Positions 12,300-25,497 of a stretch of 64,000 nt of DNA are shown in pieces. The DNA comes from Geosiphon pyriformis uo1 (lineage: Eukaryota > Fungi > Glomeromycota). Location of the stretch: NCBI GenBank assembly GCA_016748015.1, contig JAAOMT010000436.1, positions 631,522 through 695,521 on the forward strand. The letters run 5' to 3'. How positions within the stretch are numbered: the stretch's first letter is position 1; every line of letters starts with the position of its first letter. A program made the translations under genes and the position numbers. The notes beneath the pieces are model-generated. The model ran no database searches, was not told the DNA's origin, and saw nothing but the letters and a program-made list of their open reading frames with translations.

Positions 12300-15200
12300 A
12301 TATTTATATTAAGATTGAATTCAGATTTTATAAGTGCTAAAATTATAGTAATTATAAACAATAATTTGGCTAAATATGTTTTTAAGATTTTTAAGATTTT
12401 AAACAGATTTTTATTGATATAGTTATTTTTTAAAAATAAATAGTTTATTATAGTTTTGAATTTATATATTAGTACTACTTTAAAAAAAATTAAAGCAAGT
12501 TTAAGTTGTTAATTTTATGATGATTAATATATTAAATACAAATATTTTTGTGGTTTTAAAAAAAAATTCAATAAAAATAATTGTAAATATAGTATTTATT
12601 TTAAGAAATTTTTAGATTTAAGTTTATTTAATTTATTTAATAATTCAATTTTACATAAAGTACTAATATAATCCAATTTTAAAAATATTAAAAAGTATAT
12701 AAATTTTATTTTAATCAATAATAGATTAATAAATTTAATTCTTAATTAAAAAAAATTTTGATTTTAGTGATTATTTTTTTACAGACTATTTAATGTTATT
12801 AATAAATATTGGTTTAAAAAGTATTTTATATATTTAAATTAGTTTTATGTATAAACAAACCAATAAAAACAGATAAAAATACAAAGTAGATAATATTAAT
12901 AGAAAAGTATAAAAAAAGTTTAACAGTTTATCTTTAAAAATTACTTTATAAATTGTTAATAATTTTAAAATTAATATAAAAATTTTGATTTTAATAGTAT
13001 ATAAATAAATTTTGCCAAAATTTTATATAATACAACAGATATAGTATTATTAAAAACATAGTCTTATAATAAAAATTTGATTAAAAATATTGAATTTTTT
13101 AAATTTTATAAATTAGAATTATTTATATTTAAGATTGTAAAAACATTTAAATTAAATAATATAAAAGAATTTAATTTTTTGGTATGTAAATAGATTGGAC
13201 TTAATTTAAATCTGATTGTAAGTTTTCAAAATTTGTTGAATGCTAAATTTAATAGTTATAAAATTAAATAAATTTTGGTTTAATTTAAAAAAACCTATAA
13301 ACATTATAAAATATTTAAATTTAAAGTTATAATAAATTTGCACATAAAAAATACCATTAGTAAATATATAAAAACTTTTATTAATAATAAAAACTTTATA
13401 ATTAAAAGTATATTAGATTAGCTTTTTAAGAAAATTGTTTTAAATTATTTAATTAATAGTAATAAGCTGATTTTGGAATTTGTTAAAATTAAAAACAAAG
13501 TAAATTTGTTTATAAAAGAGTAAACCAAAAAGCAAATTATTAAAAATGTGAATTTTTTTTGTTAGTATAATTAGTTTATTTTAGATTATATTAATAATAT
13601 TATATTCTTTAATATTATAAAACAAATTGGTCTTAATAAGTTTTTATTAGTTAATAAAATATAAAAAAACTGTAGTAATTTTGTTTTGGTATAGTTCTTA
13701 AATTTTTTAAATATGTATTTGTTAAAAAAAAAATTCTTAATATTTGAAAAAAGTATGAATTTTTATGATTTTAAAGTTTTATAAATGTAAAAACATTTTA
13801 ATTGAAACTGTTAAAAAAATTTTGTTAAAAATTCTGTCTGATCAAATTTTTATGGCTTGTAATAAGTATAATGTTTTTAAAAAAAACAATTTTTCAATAA
13901 TAAAGAATATATTAATTCAATTTTTTGTGTTTGTAATAGTTTTGTTATTAAAAATTATTAAAAAAACAGAAAAATAGAATTGGTTTTTTAAGATATATAC
14001 AAAGTTTATAATTTTATAAGATAGTTATATTTAAAAAACAGTTTAAAAAAAATTAAAATATATAGCAAATTTATTGGATTTTTTGGATATATTTACAATA
14101 ATTATTGTTATTAATAGAAATTTAAGTAATCAATTAGCATAAAATTATTCTTATAATTTTTATTATTAAGTAATATATATTATTATTTCAATTTATTATT
14201 TATTATTTTATTAATTATCCAATTTATTATTTAATTAATATTTAATTTATATAAAATACAAATGTAATCAAATTGTAATAATTAAATTATACAATATTTC
14301 GAATTATATAACATTTAAAATTCACCAAAATATTTAAAAATTCGAAAAAATATTTAATAATTTACCAAAATAATTAATAATTCACAAAAATAACTTGTAA
14401 TTTAATAAAATATATTTTTAGTTTGTTGAAATATTAAAAAAAATATACTAAATTATAAAATAGTATTATAACAAATTATATTAAAGAAAAGCTTTATTTT
14501 TTAAAAAATGTATTTTACTTAAAATTATTTACCAAATATTTTAGCTTAAAATCATTTTTTTTACAAATCAATTTAATAAACTTATTTTGAAATCCCAATT
14601 TTTAATTATTATTATTTTAAAATTAATTATTTTGCACTAATATTTTAAAATTGAATTTAAAAAAAATTTTTTGAACACATTTTTTTTTTTTTTTTTTGGT
14701 TTATTTTTTTTTTATATTATTAAGTAATCTACAGTTAAAATTTTCTGTAAAAGAGTTAACTTTTATAGTAAAGTAATTACATATTATTTGAAAAGCTTAC
14801 AAATAAAATTTTTTTATAAAAAAATTAACTTTTATTGTAAAATAACTATATAAAATAATTGACACAAAATTGGTTATTTTATTATAAATTCAATAGCATA
14901 TATAATTTAAAGTATAAAAAAATACTTTTGAAAAAAAATTAGTTTAAAAAAATACTTTTGAAAAAAAATTAGTTTATTAAAAGTTTATTAATTTTTTTTA
15001 AACAGCAAAATAATATTAATAATATTAAAAAAAAAAGTGGAAAAATCTTTAGTAATACTATATAAATAGAATTATAACAGATTTAAACTTATAAATAGTT
15101 ATAAAATTTATGATAATTTGGATTAAAATTAAATGTTTTTTGCTTTTTTTTTGGAAAATATTTTATGATTTTTTTTTATGTAAAATAAAAAAGCATAAAG

Positions 15201-17650
15201 TTTTTTATAGATATTAAATATATTTAAAAATTTTTATAAAAACTGGCAAAATTGAATCTAATACTGAATTAATTTTGTATTTAATTACTGGTGCTTTTAT
15301 TAATGACATAATTTAAGTTAGTAATTATTATATAGCTATACAGAAAATTTTGAATATTATTAGTAAATTTTTTAAAACTAAAAAATTTTAATTAATACAG
15401 ATAAAACAATAGTAATCTCAGTTAATTCACAAATTAAAATTTTTTTTTTGTATATTAATAAATTTTTTATTATAATTACAAAACCAGATAAAGCTTATTA
15501 ATATTTAAACATTTTTTATTGACAAAAAGTTTTTCTATTCTCAATTTAAAAAGCTAATACAGATATAAAATTATTTTTAATAAACTATTTTTTTATTTAG
15601 TTTTGGTTGTATTATAGTTTATCATTAATTATAAAACTTAATTTGGTTTTATTAACAAAAACATATATAAAAAATAGAATTATTTAATTAGAAAAGTATT
15701 AAAATATAAATCTAATTTATTCAAAAACTTTTTAAGTAAAACAATTTATTATTTGTTTTTATATAACTTAAAATCATTTAATTAAGTATAAATTAAGAAA
15801 AAAATTGCTTTAATAATTTGTTTTGCTAATATTAAAAGCATTTTTGGTCGATTTTTATGTACAGATTAATAGATTTTTAAATTTTAAATTGGGTTTTTTA
15901 TAATTTTTTGTGGTATTTTATTAAACTTAAAATTAATTTTACAAACAACTTCCTAACAAATATTCAATATTTTTTATTTTAGATAAAATATTTTTATTTT
16001 AAATATGCTAAGATTTTAAAAATATTTTAAAATTGTCAAGTTTTTCAAATATTTTAAAATTATTTTTATTAATTAGCTTTTAAATAACTATGAATAATGT
16101 TTTAGTTAGAAAGATTTTTATTATTAAAAATATATAAATTTAAAAAATTCAATTTTTTCTTTGTTTGTTTGTGTTTTAAAGTTTATTTTAAATAATAAAT
16201 TAAATAAATATGATTTGTTATCTTTTAAAAAGTTTTTTTTATTTATGTATATAAAATATTAATGTTTTAACTTTTATTTATTTTAATTTATAAGCTTTTT
16301 TATTTAATATTTTAATTTTTATAAATAAATCTATTAAAAACTTTAATATATTTATTGTTATTAATAGTACTATTGTCTATTTTTAATATTGATTTGGATA
16401 TAAATATTGAAATTCATAATTTATTGTCTTTAATTTTAACTAAAATACAAGCTATTATTTTAATATTTGAATATATTTTATTATTATTTACTATTATAAT
16501 TTTTTTAGATGATTAAAACTGTTTAGATACTTATAATCTGAATTATTATTAAATATACTTAATTTTTACAATTGTTATTAAATATTATTATATTAAAAAC
16601 TTAATTAGATTTAAAAATATTTCTGTAAATTAAATAAAATTTAAAGTTATTCTGATATTTTAAACAATAAATAAACTAATATATTGGCAAAACAAACTAT
16701 ATTATTAAGGCTAATTTTTTTTTATACAAATTAAAAAAGCATTTTTGGTGGTTAATAATTAAGTAGTTTTTAATAATATGTATTATTTTGTTAAATTAAC
16801 AAGTAATATAATTAAGTAATTCTTATAAAAAATAAATTTAGGTTTAAAAATAATGGCTTTTTTGCTTATTAGTAATATTAATTAATATTTAACTGTTTTG
16901 GTTTGGTATTTTAATTTTTATATAACTACTAAATACATAAATAAATTTACTGTTAGCTTGTAAAATTATTTGATAAAAATTTTATATAAAAAATTATTAA
17001 TTGCTATTTAAAAACAGTTATATAATTGCAAATATTTAAATATATTATGTATATATTATAAAAAAATAGAATTTTTAGATTATATTTTGTTTGTGGTTTA
17101 AATTTGTTTACTTATTATATTTTGTTAGATAAATAAGTTTTTTATTAAAAATTTTTAACTAATATAAATTTAATATTATTAATAATACTTTAGATATTAA
17201 TATTAAATATTTTTAATATTAACTTATTTATAATTTTATATAAGATATTTATTTTTATTAAGTAATTAAAAAAATTAAAACAGCTTTTAATAATACTAAG
17301 TATATTAAACTAAAATTAATTAATTTTATACATAATTTAATAATTAATTACAAAAATTACGTATAATTATTTAATTCGAAACTTTAAGCAAAAATAAAAA
17401 ATAAAAGTTTAATTAGTAATAATAATATAATATGTATTAATATTATAAGTTTTTTAAATATTGTGTTTTATAATATTACAAATTTGTTAAAATAATTAAA
17501 GAACATGTTATTAATTTTAAGTTAAATACTAGTTATATGTTTTTTGTTAATACAGTTATTAATTTATTTGTTAATATAGTTTTATAGTATTGTTTTAATT
17601 GGCTAAATGGCTAATTACATATAAATTTTTAATTTTAAATAAAAGTTTTT
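12300..17650 (+). mobile_element. Extremely AT-rich relic of a related LINE (ORF2 from APE to 3' UTR)
   Basis: Residual homology to the neighbouring LINE: LIETVKKILLKILSDQI (13765-13977), AFINDII (~15290-15312), RNase H region (~16320-16700), 3' UTR motif tagtattgttttaatt (~17585) shared with ~59743. Confidence 0.8.
14106..15057 (+). repeat. Hypermutated solo LTR of family A inserted in the LINE relic
   Basis: Starts tgttatt, ends agtaata; colinear with the reverse complement of 5797-6754; LINE RT sequence resumes on both sides; probable 4-bp TSD ttat/ctat; perfect 30-bp tandem duplication at 14916-14975. Confidence 0.85.
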
Positions 17651-18772
17651 TTATTTAATATAAAACTACAACATATTAATTTTAAATTACAATATATTAA
17701 AACAAAAATTAAACAATAATAATATTAATTAAAAATACAATTAATACTTTTTAATAAATTAATAAATAAAATATTTTAAAAAATAATAAAAATTATAATT
17801 ATTAAAATTATTTTTTTTAAAAAAATTGATTGTTGATTTAATATAATTAGTATTTAGAGTTTTTTTGGTAATTAAAATAATATTAAAGTTGTTTTTAATA
17901 AGTTTTTTAATAATCTTTTTACAAAAAAATCAACAAAAAATGGTTTAATAATAAACAAAATCTGTAACAATTAAAAAAAAGACCTTAACACATTTTTTTT
18001 AATTTTTTTTACTGAAAAAAATTTTTGGTTAATGCTTTTTTAATTATATTGACAAAAATAAAGAATGTTATTTTATTCTGATTATAAATAAAAATAAATA
18101 AAAATTTTATTTATTTATTATATTTAATTTACTTTAATAACAAAAATTATTTATATTAAAATAGTTTATTATTTTAAATAATAATTTACCAAATAATTTT
18201 ATTTGGATTACTTTTAACAATTAAATACAATTCTGCAGTTAATTGTATTCAAAATAATAAATAACTTATTTTTAACAATTTAATAATTAACATATGAAAA
18301 AATTTTTAAATCCAAACTAAAAAATAGATACATGCTTATAATATTGGTAGCTTAATTCAGGAGCAAATTCCTGCTGAAAAATTGTTTTTTAATTAATCCT
18401 TAAACATAAAAAATACATTATAAGATGTAATGCTGAAATTTTTAAATAAAATTTTAATAACCATGAAATTAATTTCTTGAAAATATTCTAGAAACTCAAA
18501 AAGTAAAATGTGATAAAAATAAATATTATTAAATATTATTGCAAAAACAATTGTTCTAAATGCTTTAAAACAAAAGTAAAATGTATTCCAACCTTTTGAA
18601 CGAATCAAAATTGCAAAAATTCAAGACCTTTGATAGGAAAATCGTGAAATAACGTGATTTAAGCAATAACCTGGTATTATACCAATTGTCAAATGGAGGG
18701 TTAGTGATGATGCCTTTTAGTATCAGTGCATTATCAGCTATCCCCTTTCGTGACTTCGTCCAACTGTTCGTC

Positions 18773-18885
18773 TTTGCCACTAACAAACAGGCCCCTAATA
18801 CGCTATTATCACGCCCACCTTAGTTAGCAACTTGGTTAGTTTTCAGTTATCATCCCTTTTATTTTTCATCAACTTATCCGCCACC
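18773..18885 (-). promoter_or_regulatory. Two Rpn4/PACE-like sites upstream of STS1
   Basis: AGTGGCAAA (18773-18781) and GGTGGCG (18879-18885), both on the minus strand. Confidence 0.4.
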
Positions 18886-19024
18886 CTCACTTACACAAAC
18901 AAGGGCAGTTTTGTTCTTAACCTCGACTAAAACCCATTAAAAGAGCACTGCTTCTTAGAATTCAACCTTTTCCCTGTGTCTCAAACTTGAGCATTTAAAC
19001 TTTATCGATCTTTAGATTCCCGCA

Positions 19025-20393
19025 ATGAGCGACCACTCACCATGCATTCCTGTGCCACGAAACCTACACCAACCCACTTTTTTTCATCCCGGTAGTACAT
19101 TTCGCCCATTAAGAACTATCGAAGGTCTTCAATCACCCTTATCAAAATTCAACTTTAGAGAAAGAATAGCACTTTCTGTTGGGGTCGAAACCTTGTCAAA
19201 AGGTGCTTTTATTCGTTTTTGAATTTTATGATTGAAAAGGTTTCATCTTAGTTTTATTCTCGTCTTTTATTTTTTAGTTGCTGGTTGCAAGCGAAAACCT
19301 AGTGAGGATGATTTTGATATTTTTATGGGTGAATCTCGGAGTCCACCAGGTTCCCCGGGAGATAATCACTATAGCACACACGATATGGACAGAGAATATA
19401 CCGTCAAAAGGACGAAAACTGGGAATCTAAAAGAATTTCCCCTTAGCAAATTATTAGGTATACGATATTTTTGCTTAAGTTTATTTGTCGATTCAAATTG
19501 ACGTTACTCCTAAATAATCAATGGAATTATATATTTTTATCATTTCGCTTAATTGGAAATATTTAAGCAACTCTCGATAAACCACAACTTTTAGCTTTAA
19601 TAAATAACATTGTCGATGCGCATCCCGGCCTTCAGTCTGAAATAGCTTCCAATATACCTCGACCAACTATTCAATCGGTGTCTTCCGTATTCAACGGCCT
19701 TGAAAAGAAATTACAAGAGGCTTTTCCATATACGAAATGGGGGCTGAGTAAAGATGATTATAGCTTCAATAGAGTCAAACCAATTATACTTGAATTGAAG
19801 GTGGAAATTCCACTTCTGATGTTTATATGAGGCTATTCTTGTAAGCATTCATCAAATCGATATCTCGCATTGGGCTTAAATTTTTTTTTTTTAGGAAGTT
19901 ATATTGGATTATGCAGCTCACTTCACCTCACCAGATGAATTCCCAACTACCACATTCTCATTCCTCCATATTGCCAACAGCCTTGCATTTCGTTTACCCA
20001 ATTGGGAAAACAATATTCACAATGAAATCAAACGGGAACTACTAGTGAAGTTGTCTGATCATTGGAAAAAAGCGATTGATAATGCAGCCAGTAAGGTCAG
20101 CGACGGAAAGATATATGGGCAAATAGTAGTAAGCGAATGGGCCAAGAAGTAAGGGATTTATTTAAATTTTATGAATTACAGTAATATTCATAATTGAGCT
20201 ATTCTGATGAATTTTCAATAGCTTGGCTCAGCATAACAATGATTCGAATGGTATTTTCCAACAAGCCGTTGAAGTCTTTGTTGAAAAACTTGGATGGATA
20301 ATTGGTATCAACGAAACATCATCGTATTCGAACTACTCATCCCAATCTACTCCCAATCATTATCATCATTCGAATCCTGTGATGCCTGTCTAA
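19025..20393 (+). CDS. STS1: Nuclear proteasome tethering factor Cut8/Sts1; exons 19025-19202, 19278-19457, 19568-19800, 19895-20148, 20222-20393
   Basis: Spliced translation contains KRK NLS, FPLSKLLATLDKPQLL, HPGLQSEI, PRPTIQS, AFPY, DDYSFNRVKP, LPNW and LGW, typical of the Cut8 domain; GT-AG introns keep frame. Confidence 0.85.
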
Positions 20394-21272
20394 CTCCTGA
20401 ATACCAAGGAAAGGTCAACCCCATCAATTTAGTATTTCAGGTATATTGGGACGATATTTTAAGTCGCGAAAGTTCGAAAGCTTTTCTCGCTCTCTATATT
20501 CTGGACTTTGCTTATTAATCGGAAATATTTCCTGTTGGCTCAAAGGTCCATCTGTTCCCAATGAATAATTACTAACTCTGAACATACCTTTGATCCAAGA
20601 AGCTTATACCTAAAAACGCCCAGATAAATCAGTGTTTGGATAAGTCATGCCATTTACTTTTTCATTTCAATATAAATCATTTTTGTGCGAACGATGAAGA
20701 GCAAACATCCCAACTTTCAAATGAGAGCTCTTTTGTTTTTTTGGATAATTATTTGAGTGTTATTACTAATAATTCTAATTCAAAAAAGCTCATATCTGCT
20801 TTGATTAAGAATATCAAAGGTAGTCTCAACATCAAGTTTATGTTTGGATAAGCCACTGAGGCTTATCAATTTTTCTCGCATTACTTAGGAATGTTTACGT
20901 TTACAATGAACTCTCTTCATTCTGACCGCCAAGCCCGCAAGGCAGAATTACTTTCCCAAAGGATTAATGGTTGCCTTCGATTTTCTTCTGATCACTCGGC
21001 CAACATCTATCATTTTTATTTTAAGTATTTTGATCGATGATTTGTAATTTGCCAATTCCAAAAAAAAATCATTAATTATAATTACTGTACAATTCTAAGT
21101 TAATAATTTTTGAAATAGATTTTCAGCCAGTTTTTTCAACTCTCCATTGTCATACTATTAGAAACAAAGAGGCGCATAGGCTGAATTGTATTTCATAGAA
21201 TTTGCCATATAATTCCTCTGCGATTAAAAAACTTTACCCAAAGACTGTAATTAATTGCAAAAATAAAATTCT

Positions 21273-23477
21273 ATGTTTCAAATAAAGAAAACCATGCCAG
21301 GTATACATGACCTGATCGACCATGCTCTGCACCGTCAGCCACAACCTTCTTCTTATGAAAAAAAGGTATCGTAATTTCGCGTGGTTTTGATCTTAAATTA
21401 CACGCGTCAAAGCTTTGATTTACCACTCTTATTAATTCTGACTTTTCTCTAACCAAGAAAAACTATAAGCTAGGAAAAACCTTAGGCAATTATCGTTTTA
21501 CCTTTCTGCTTTTGCTCTTATTGTTTGGTTCAGTTAATTCTAGAACTTTATTTCACACACTCACTTTCTCCCCTCTCACGAATCATCATGCTTCGCAGGG
21601 GCTGGGACCTATGGCTCAGTAAAAGAAGCCGAAGTCATAAAAACAGGTGAAAGGGTAGCCATCAAAATCATTCTCAAACGAGACGTTCAGTTTCAAGAAC
21701 AAATGGTATACAAAGAAATGAAGGTGTTGGAAGGGTTGGATCATCCGAATATAGTCAAATTTCATGATTGGTTCGAGTCAAGGGATAAATTTTATCTTGT
21801 GTTTGACCTGTATCCTTAAAATTTTTAATGTAGTGAATGGATGAGTTAGTGGGTGATCAGATGTCTCAGGGATTTAATACATTTCTAAATGAATCCGTGA
21901 ATTAATCCAAGAAAGAGGAATTTTAAATTATCTTAACAATCTTTGTCTGCTACCCATTTGACTTCCAAAAAGTGCGACCGGTGGTGAATTATTTGAACGA
22001 ATGTGTGAACGTGGCAAATTTACCGAGGTGGATGGTGTTGAAGTGATTCGAACAGTTTTAGATGCTGTTGCGTATCTTCACGCACATAATATTGTGCACA
22101 GAGGTAAATTATAAGACCTTCTCTTAAAAATATAATCATCATATTCTAAAATAATCAAAATAACATTATTTTTCCTAGATCTGAAACCCGAAAATTTATT
22201 ATACAAAAGCCGAGCACCTGACTCGGCTCTTGTGGTAGCCGATTTCGGGTAATTGTTGGATATGATGAAAACCGTTTTCTGAAATATTCAGCTTTGATAT
22301 TTTTCTAATTTACGAAGCCTCTAATAATATTTCAGAATCGCACGAACATTAAATGACGATAATGAAATCATGACTACTTATTGTGGATCTCCTGGTTATG
22401 TTGGTACGTGATATATAATCTATAAATTATCATATAAATGTTGGAATTCAAGCTGCAGTCTATTTGCATAGAAATTACATATTCAAAATTAAAATTTATT
22501 TCTTACCGATAGCACCTGAGATATTGAATCGAACCGGTTATGGAAAGTCAGTGGATCTCTGGAGTATTGGGTATGTTTGAGGGGAGAAGGAAGGTGAAAT
22601 AATTTCATTTGGATTCAAAAGCTTTATTTTCCTCGAGAATAACAGCTTTGAGTTAAAATTTGATCTGTCATACACTAAACTCATTTACACTTTTTCCTAT
22701 TTCCATCTACCAAATTCACAAATTCCAGAGTGATAACCTACTCCTTGTAAGTATTTATTCTTCCCGTCTCCACTATCTATATTTTCTCTTCGGCTATTGC
22801 TATATTCGATTAACCATTTCATTTTTTATTGATTTTGAAGATTGTGTGGATACCCACCACAAAAAAATGATGATCGATACTCGTCAGCGGAAGAACGAAA
22901 TGGTTTAAATGTTGAATTTCATGATAAATTTTGGCGGAATGTTTCGAATGATGGTTTGCATCAGAAATTTAAATAAGTAAAAAATGAATTATTATAAACA
23001 TCATGATCTGACTATTTCCCTTAACCTTCACATTACCCCCTTCACCTCTCCGTTATTCTTATCCATTCAGCAAAAGAGTTCATCCTCCTCCTATTAAACA
23101 TGGACCCGAAAAAACGGCCTACAGCCGAAGAAGCTCTAAAACACAAATGGTTCACTGGGGGTGCAGCAATGGACGTCGATCTTCTCGAAGGAAGCTTTAG
23201 CGCTAAGCGTACATTCCGACGTGCAATCGATGCCGTACAAGCTGCTAATCGATTACGAAGTGCGACTAAAAGATTTGATAGTGATGATGACGATGATGAT
23301 GATGCTGTTTCAGGCGCTATTTTTAATAAGAAAGAAGGAAACAAGGATAAAGGAAGCGTAAAGAGTGATGGAGCAGACGATAAGACAATCATCCGGGATA
23401 GGGTTGGAGAGAAAGGGATAGTAAATGGGGAGCTGGCGCCAGAGGATGATCCGACTGTGAGAACAATTGAGGTGTAG
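21273..23477 (+). CDS. CMK1: Ca2+/calmodulin-dependent protein kinase (fungal CMK1/CMK2 type), 10 exons; start at 21273 or 21294
   Basis: [53 protein letters not shown]; CaM-binding tail [14 protein letters not shown]; exons end/start at 21365/21458, 21485/21599, 21809/21973, 22103/22179, 22248/22336, 22403/22513, 22570/22729, 22746/22841, 22953/23071. Confidence 0.92.
21810..21972 (+). other. Probable U12-type (minor spliceosome) GT-AG intron
   Basis: 5' splice site GTATCCTTAA; branch-like TATCTTAAC at ~21929-21937; removal restores D-L-A-T-G-G-E-L-F. Confidence 0.75.
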
Positions 23478-23814
23478 CTGTGATACTGTATCTGTAGTGT
23501 CATTATGAATAAGCGGAAAGTGAGACAAACTTGGTTTGGTATTTAATAATTATACATTAGCAATTCAATATATCTAATTTGTTATCGTTGATTGTTTTTT
23601 TCTAGCCTTCTGTAAATTTTTATTATTTTTCTATGCCATATAAATATGTTATATTAACCTTGATTCTGTAAAAATTTATATATTGCTCATTTTTATTTGA
23701 GTTATTAGGGATTACATTTCCAAATACTAATAGATTGGAAAGAATTTTACAATGAGATTTATTTCAAAAGAAATTATAAATTGATGGTGGCCAATTATTT
23801 TTTATAGATAAGCA

Positions 23815-25221
23815 TTATTCTCCATCTTTGAACACTTCTCGTCTTATACTTTCAACGTATTTTGGTGTAGTCTTACAACAACCACCAATTAATAATCTCT
23901 TTTTTTCTTTTCCTCCCTCTTCTTTTGATCCCCGACTACCAATCTCAACCCATTGCCTAGCCAACTTTCCAAACTCCTCTTCCCCAATTCCACTTCCTTC
24001 TAGCCACTCTTTTCGTGTCGTGTCCCATTTACATCCAGCATCCGGGTAACACACGATCCATTTCTCCATCGCACGCGCCTGATCAAGGGTTTCTCGTATA
24101 GTACGAAGCAATCCATTAATATGCTGGGGTTTGGTGCAGTTAACGCCGACACCCCAAATTTTGGGTTCAGCTGCGAGTAGGCGAATGCAGGTTGAAATCA
24201 TTTCACCGGAGGATACATAGGTTGAGTCACGGCATGAGAAGGAGATCCAGCATTGTGGGAAGATTGAGGAATTGTTGATAATAGTAGGGTCATCATTTCC
24301 AGCCTCATTATCATTTTTCTCATTAATCTTAATCTCTTTGAGATCTTTCCCACCCTTATCCTTATCATCAACTCCCTTTCTCTTAAGGCTAAACCTCTCA
24401 TCCTTTAAAATCTGACAAATAATGCTAGCCTCACGCGAAGATGGAATAGTCTCAAAAGCAACAAAATCAATCCTCTCAAAATCTGATTCATAAACTCTTA
24501 ATCGCGACAAATGGAACTCGTATAAATCAGAATCGGTAATGTCAGGAGGATAGATCCCCGTGTATTCTGAGCCATCAGCCAGTATTGCTCCATAGGGACC
24601 AAGCGAGAGGGCGATGAGTGGTTTAATACGATTGGGAAAAGAAGTAAAGGGAGAGGTCGAAGTGGTAGTATTTCTACTCTCTCCACTCTTAAGTTCATTT
24701 ATAATATATTCATCATAAAACTGATCTCGAGCTTCCACAAGAATCTGAATGGATTTTCGCATTAAAGCTTTTGCATCGTCAATTGAGTACCCGGTTTTTT
24801 GGAATCCTTCTATACAAGCTTGATAGCTTTAATGTAGTAATAGAGATAAATGAATATTTGAGATTAAGAATTAAAATTTCGAGTATTCAAATAATAGTAA
24901 TTGCTCTGCCTTACCATACCTACAAGACAGCCCAACATCAGCTCCGGCACGAAAATAAGTTAAATGCACCTCACGAATCAAATCTCGTCTTGAATCATCT
25001 ACTAAGAATTGTGATGACCATAAATGTGTCCATTGAAATTGTTGAAAATCTTTTTTAACCTCAATTTTTCCTTCAATCTTTTGACAGTTTTTATTGTTTT
25101 TAATCTTTTTGTTACGATATAAATATTCAAGGTATGTTGCCAATCCACCATCTAAGATCAATGGACCTCCACCAATCTGTTCATTAGATTCAGTGTTGAA
25201 ATTCGACTTTTGATGGTACAT
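23815..25221 (-). CDS. SAM4: Homocysteine S-methyltransferase (Sam4/Mht1/MmuM family); exons 25221-24920 and 24826-23815
   Basis: ILDGGLAT, LWSS, YFRAGAD, SYQA, SLGPYGA, DGSEYTG, AFETIP, GVNC and IGGCC Zn-binding motifs. Confidence 0.92.
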
Positions 25222-25468
25222 TATTTTGTTCTAAAACGATCGGGATGCAGATTTTCGTAATTATGATAGGAATCTTGTTATTAAAAACTTTATTTTAATA
25301 AAATTGGAGAATTTAAATATAAGAATGCTATAAACAAAACTTTTGATTTTTTACTGCTGGTGATGTCATGCTTAACCATGATTAGCAAAATTTCAAGTAT
25401 TCAGGTTTTTTTTAATAATGTAACATTGTTATTGACCAAATAATGTGTTTTATAATTTTTAAATTTAC

Positions 25469-25497
25469 TATTATTATTATTATTATTATTATTATTA
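25469..25497 (+). repeat. (TTA)n microsatellite
   Basis: tattattattattattattattattatta. Confidence 0.8.

Noticed and set aside
12300-18300. AT-rich endosymbiont, mitochondrial or alternative-code DNA
   Set aside because: Most of it aligns by eye to the LINE ORF2 and family A LTR present elsewhere in the window; stops are mutational
22954-23070. Second U12 intron in CMK (TTCCCTTAAC branch-like motif)
   Set aside because: Donor is GTTTGC, not RTATCCT; treated as U2-type
23042-23528. Antisense or alternative-frame ORFs over genes and TEs (for example 23042-23503, 28885-29157, 4116-4424, 6886-7182)
   Set aside because: Shadows of real coding frames with no independent motifs
23815-25221. Bacterial HGT origin of the intron-poor homocysteine methyltransferase
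   Set aside because: Has a canonical intron and the family is normal in fungi; no support without a phylogeny
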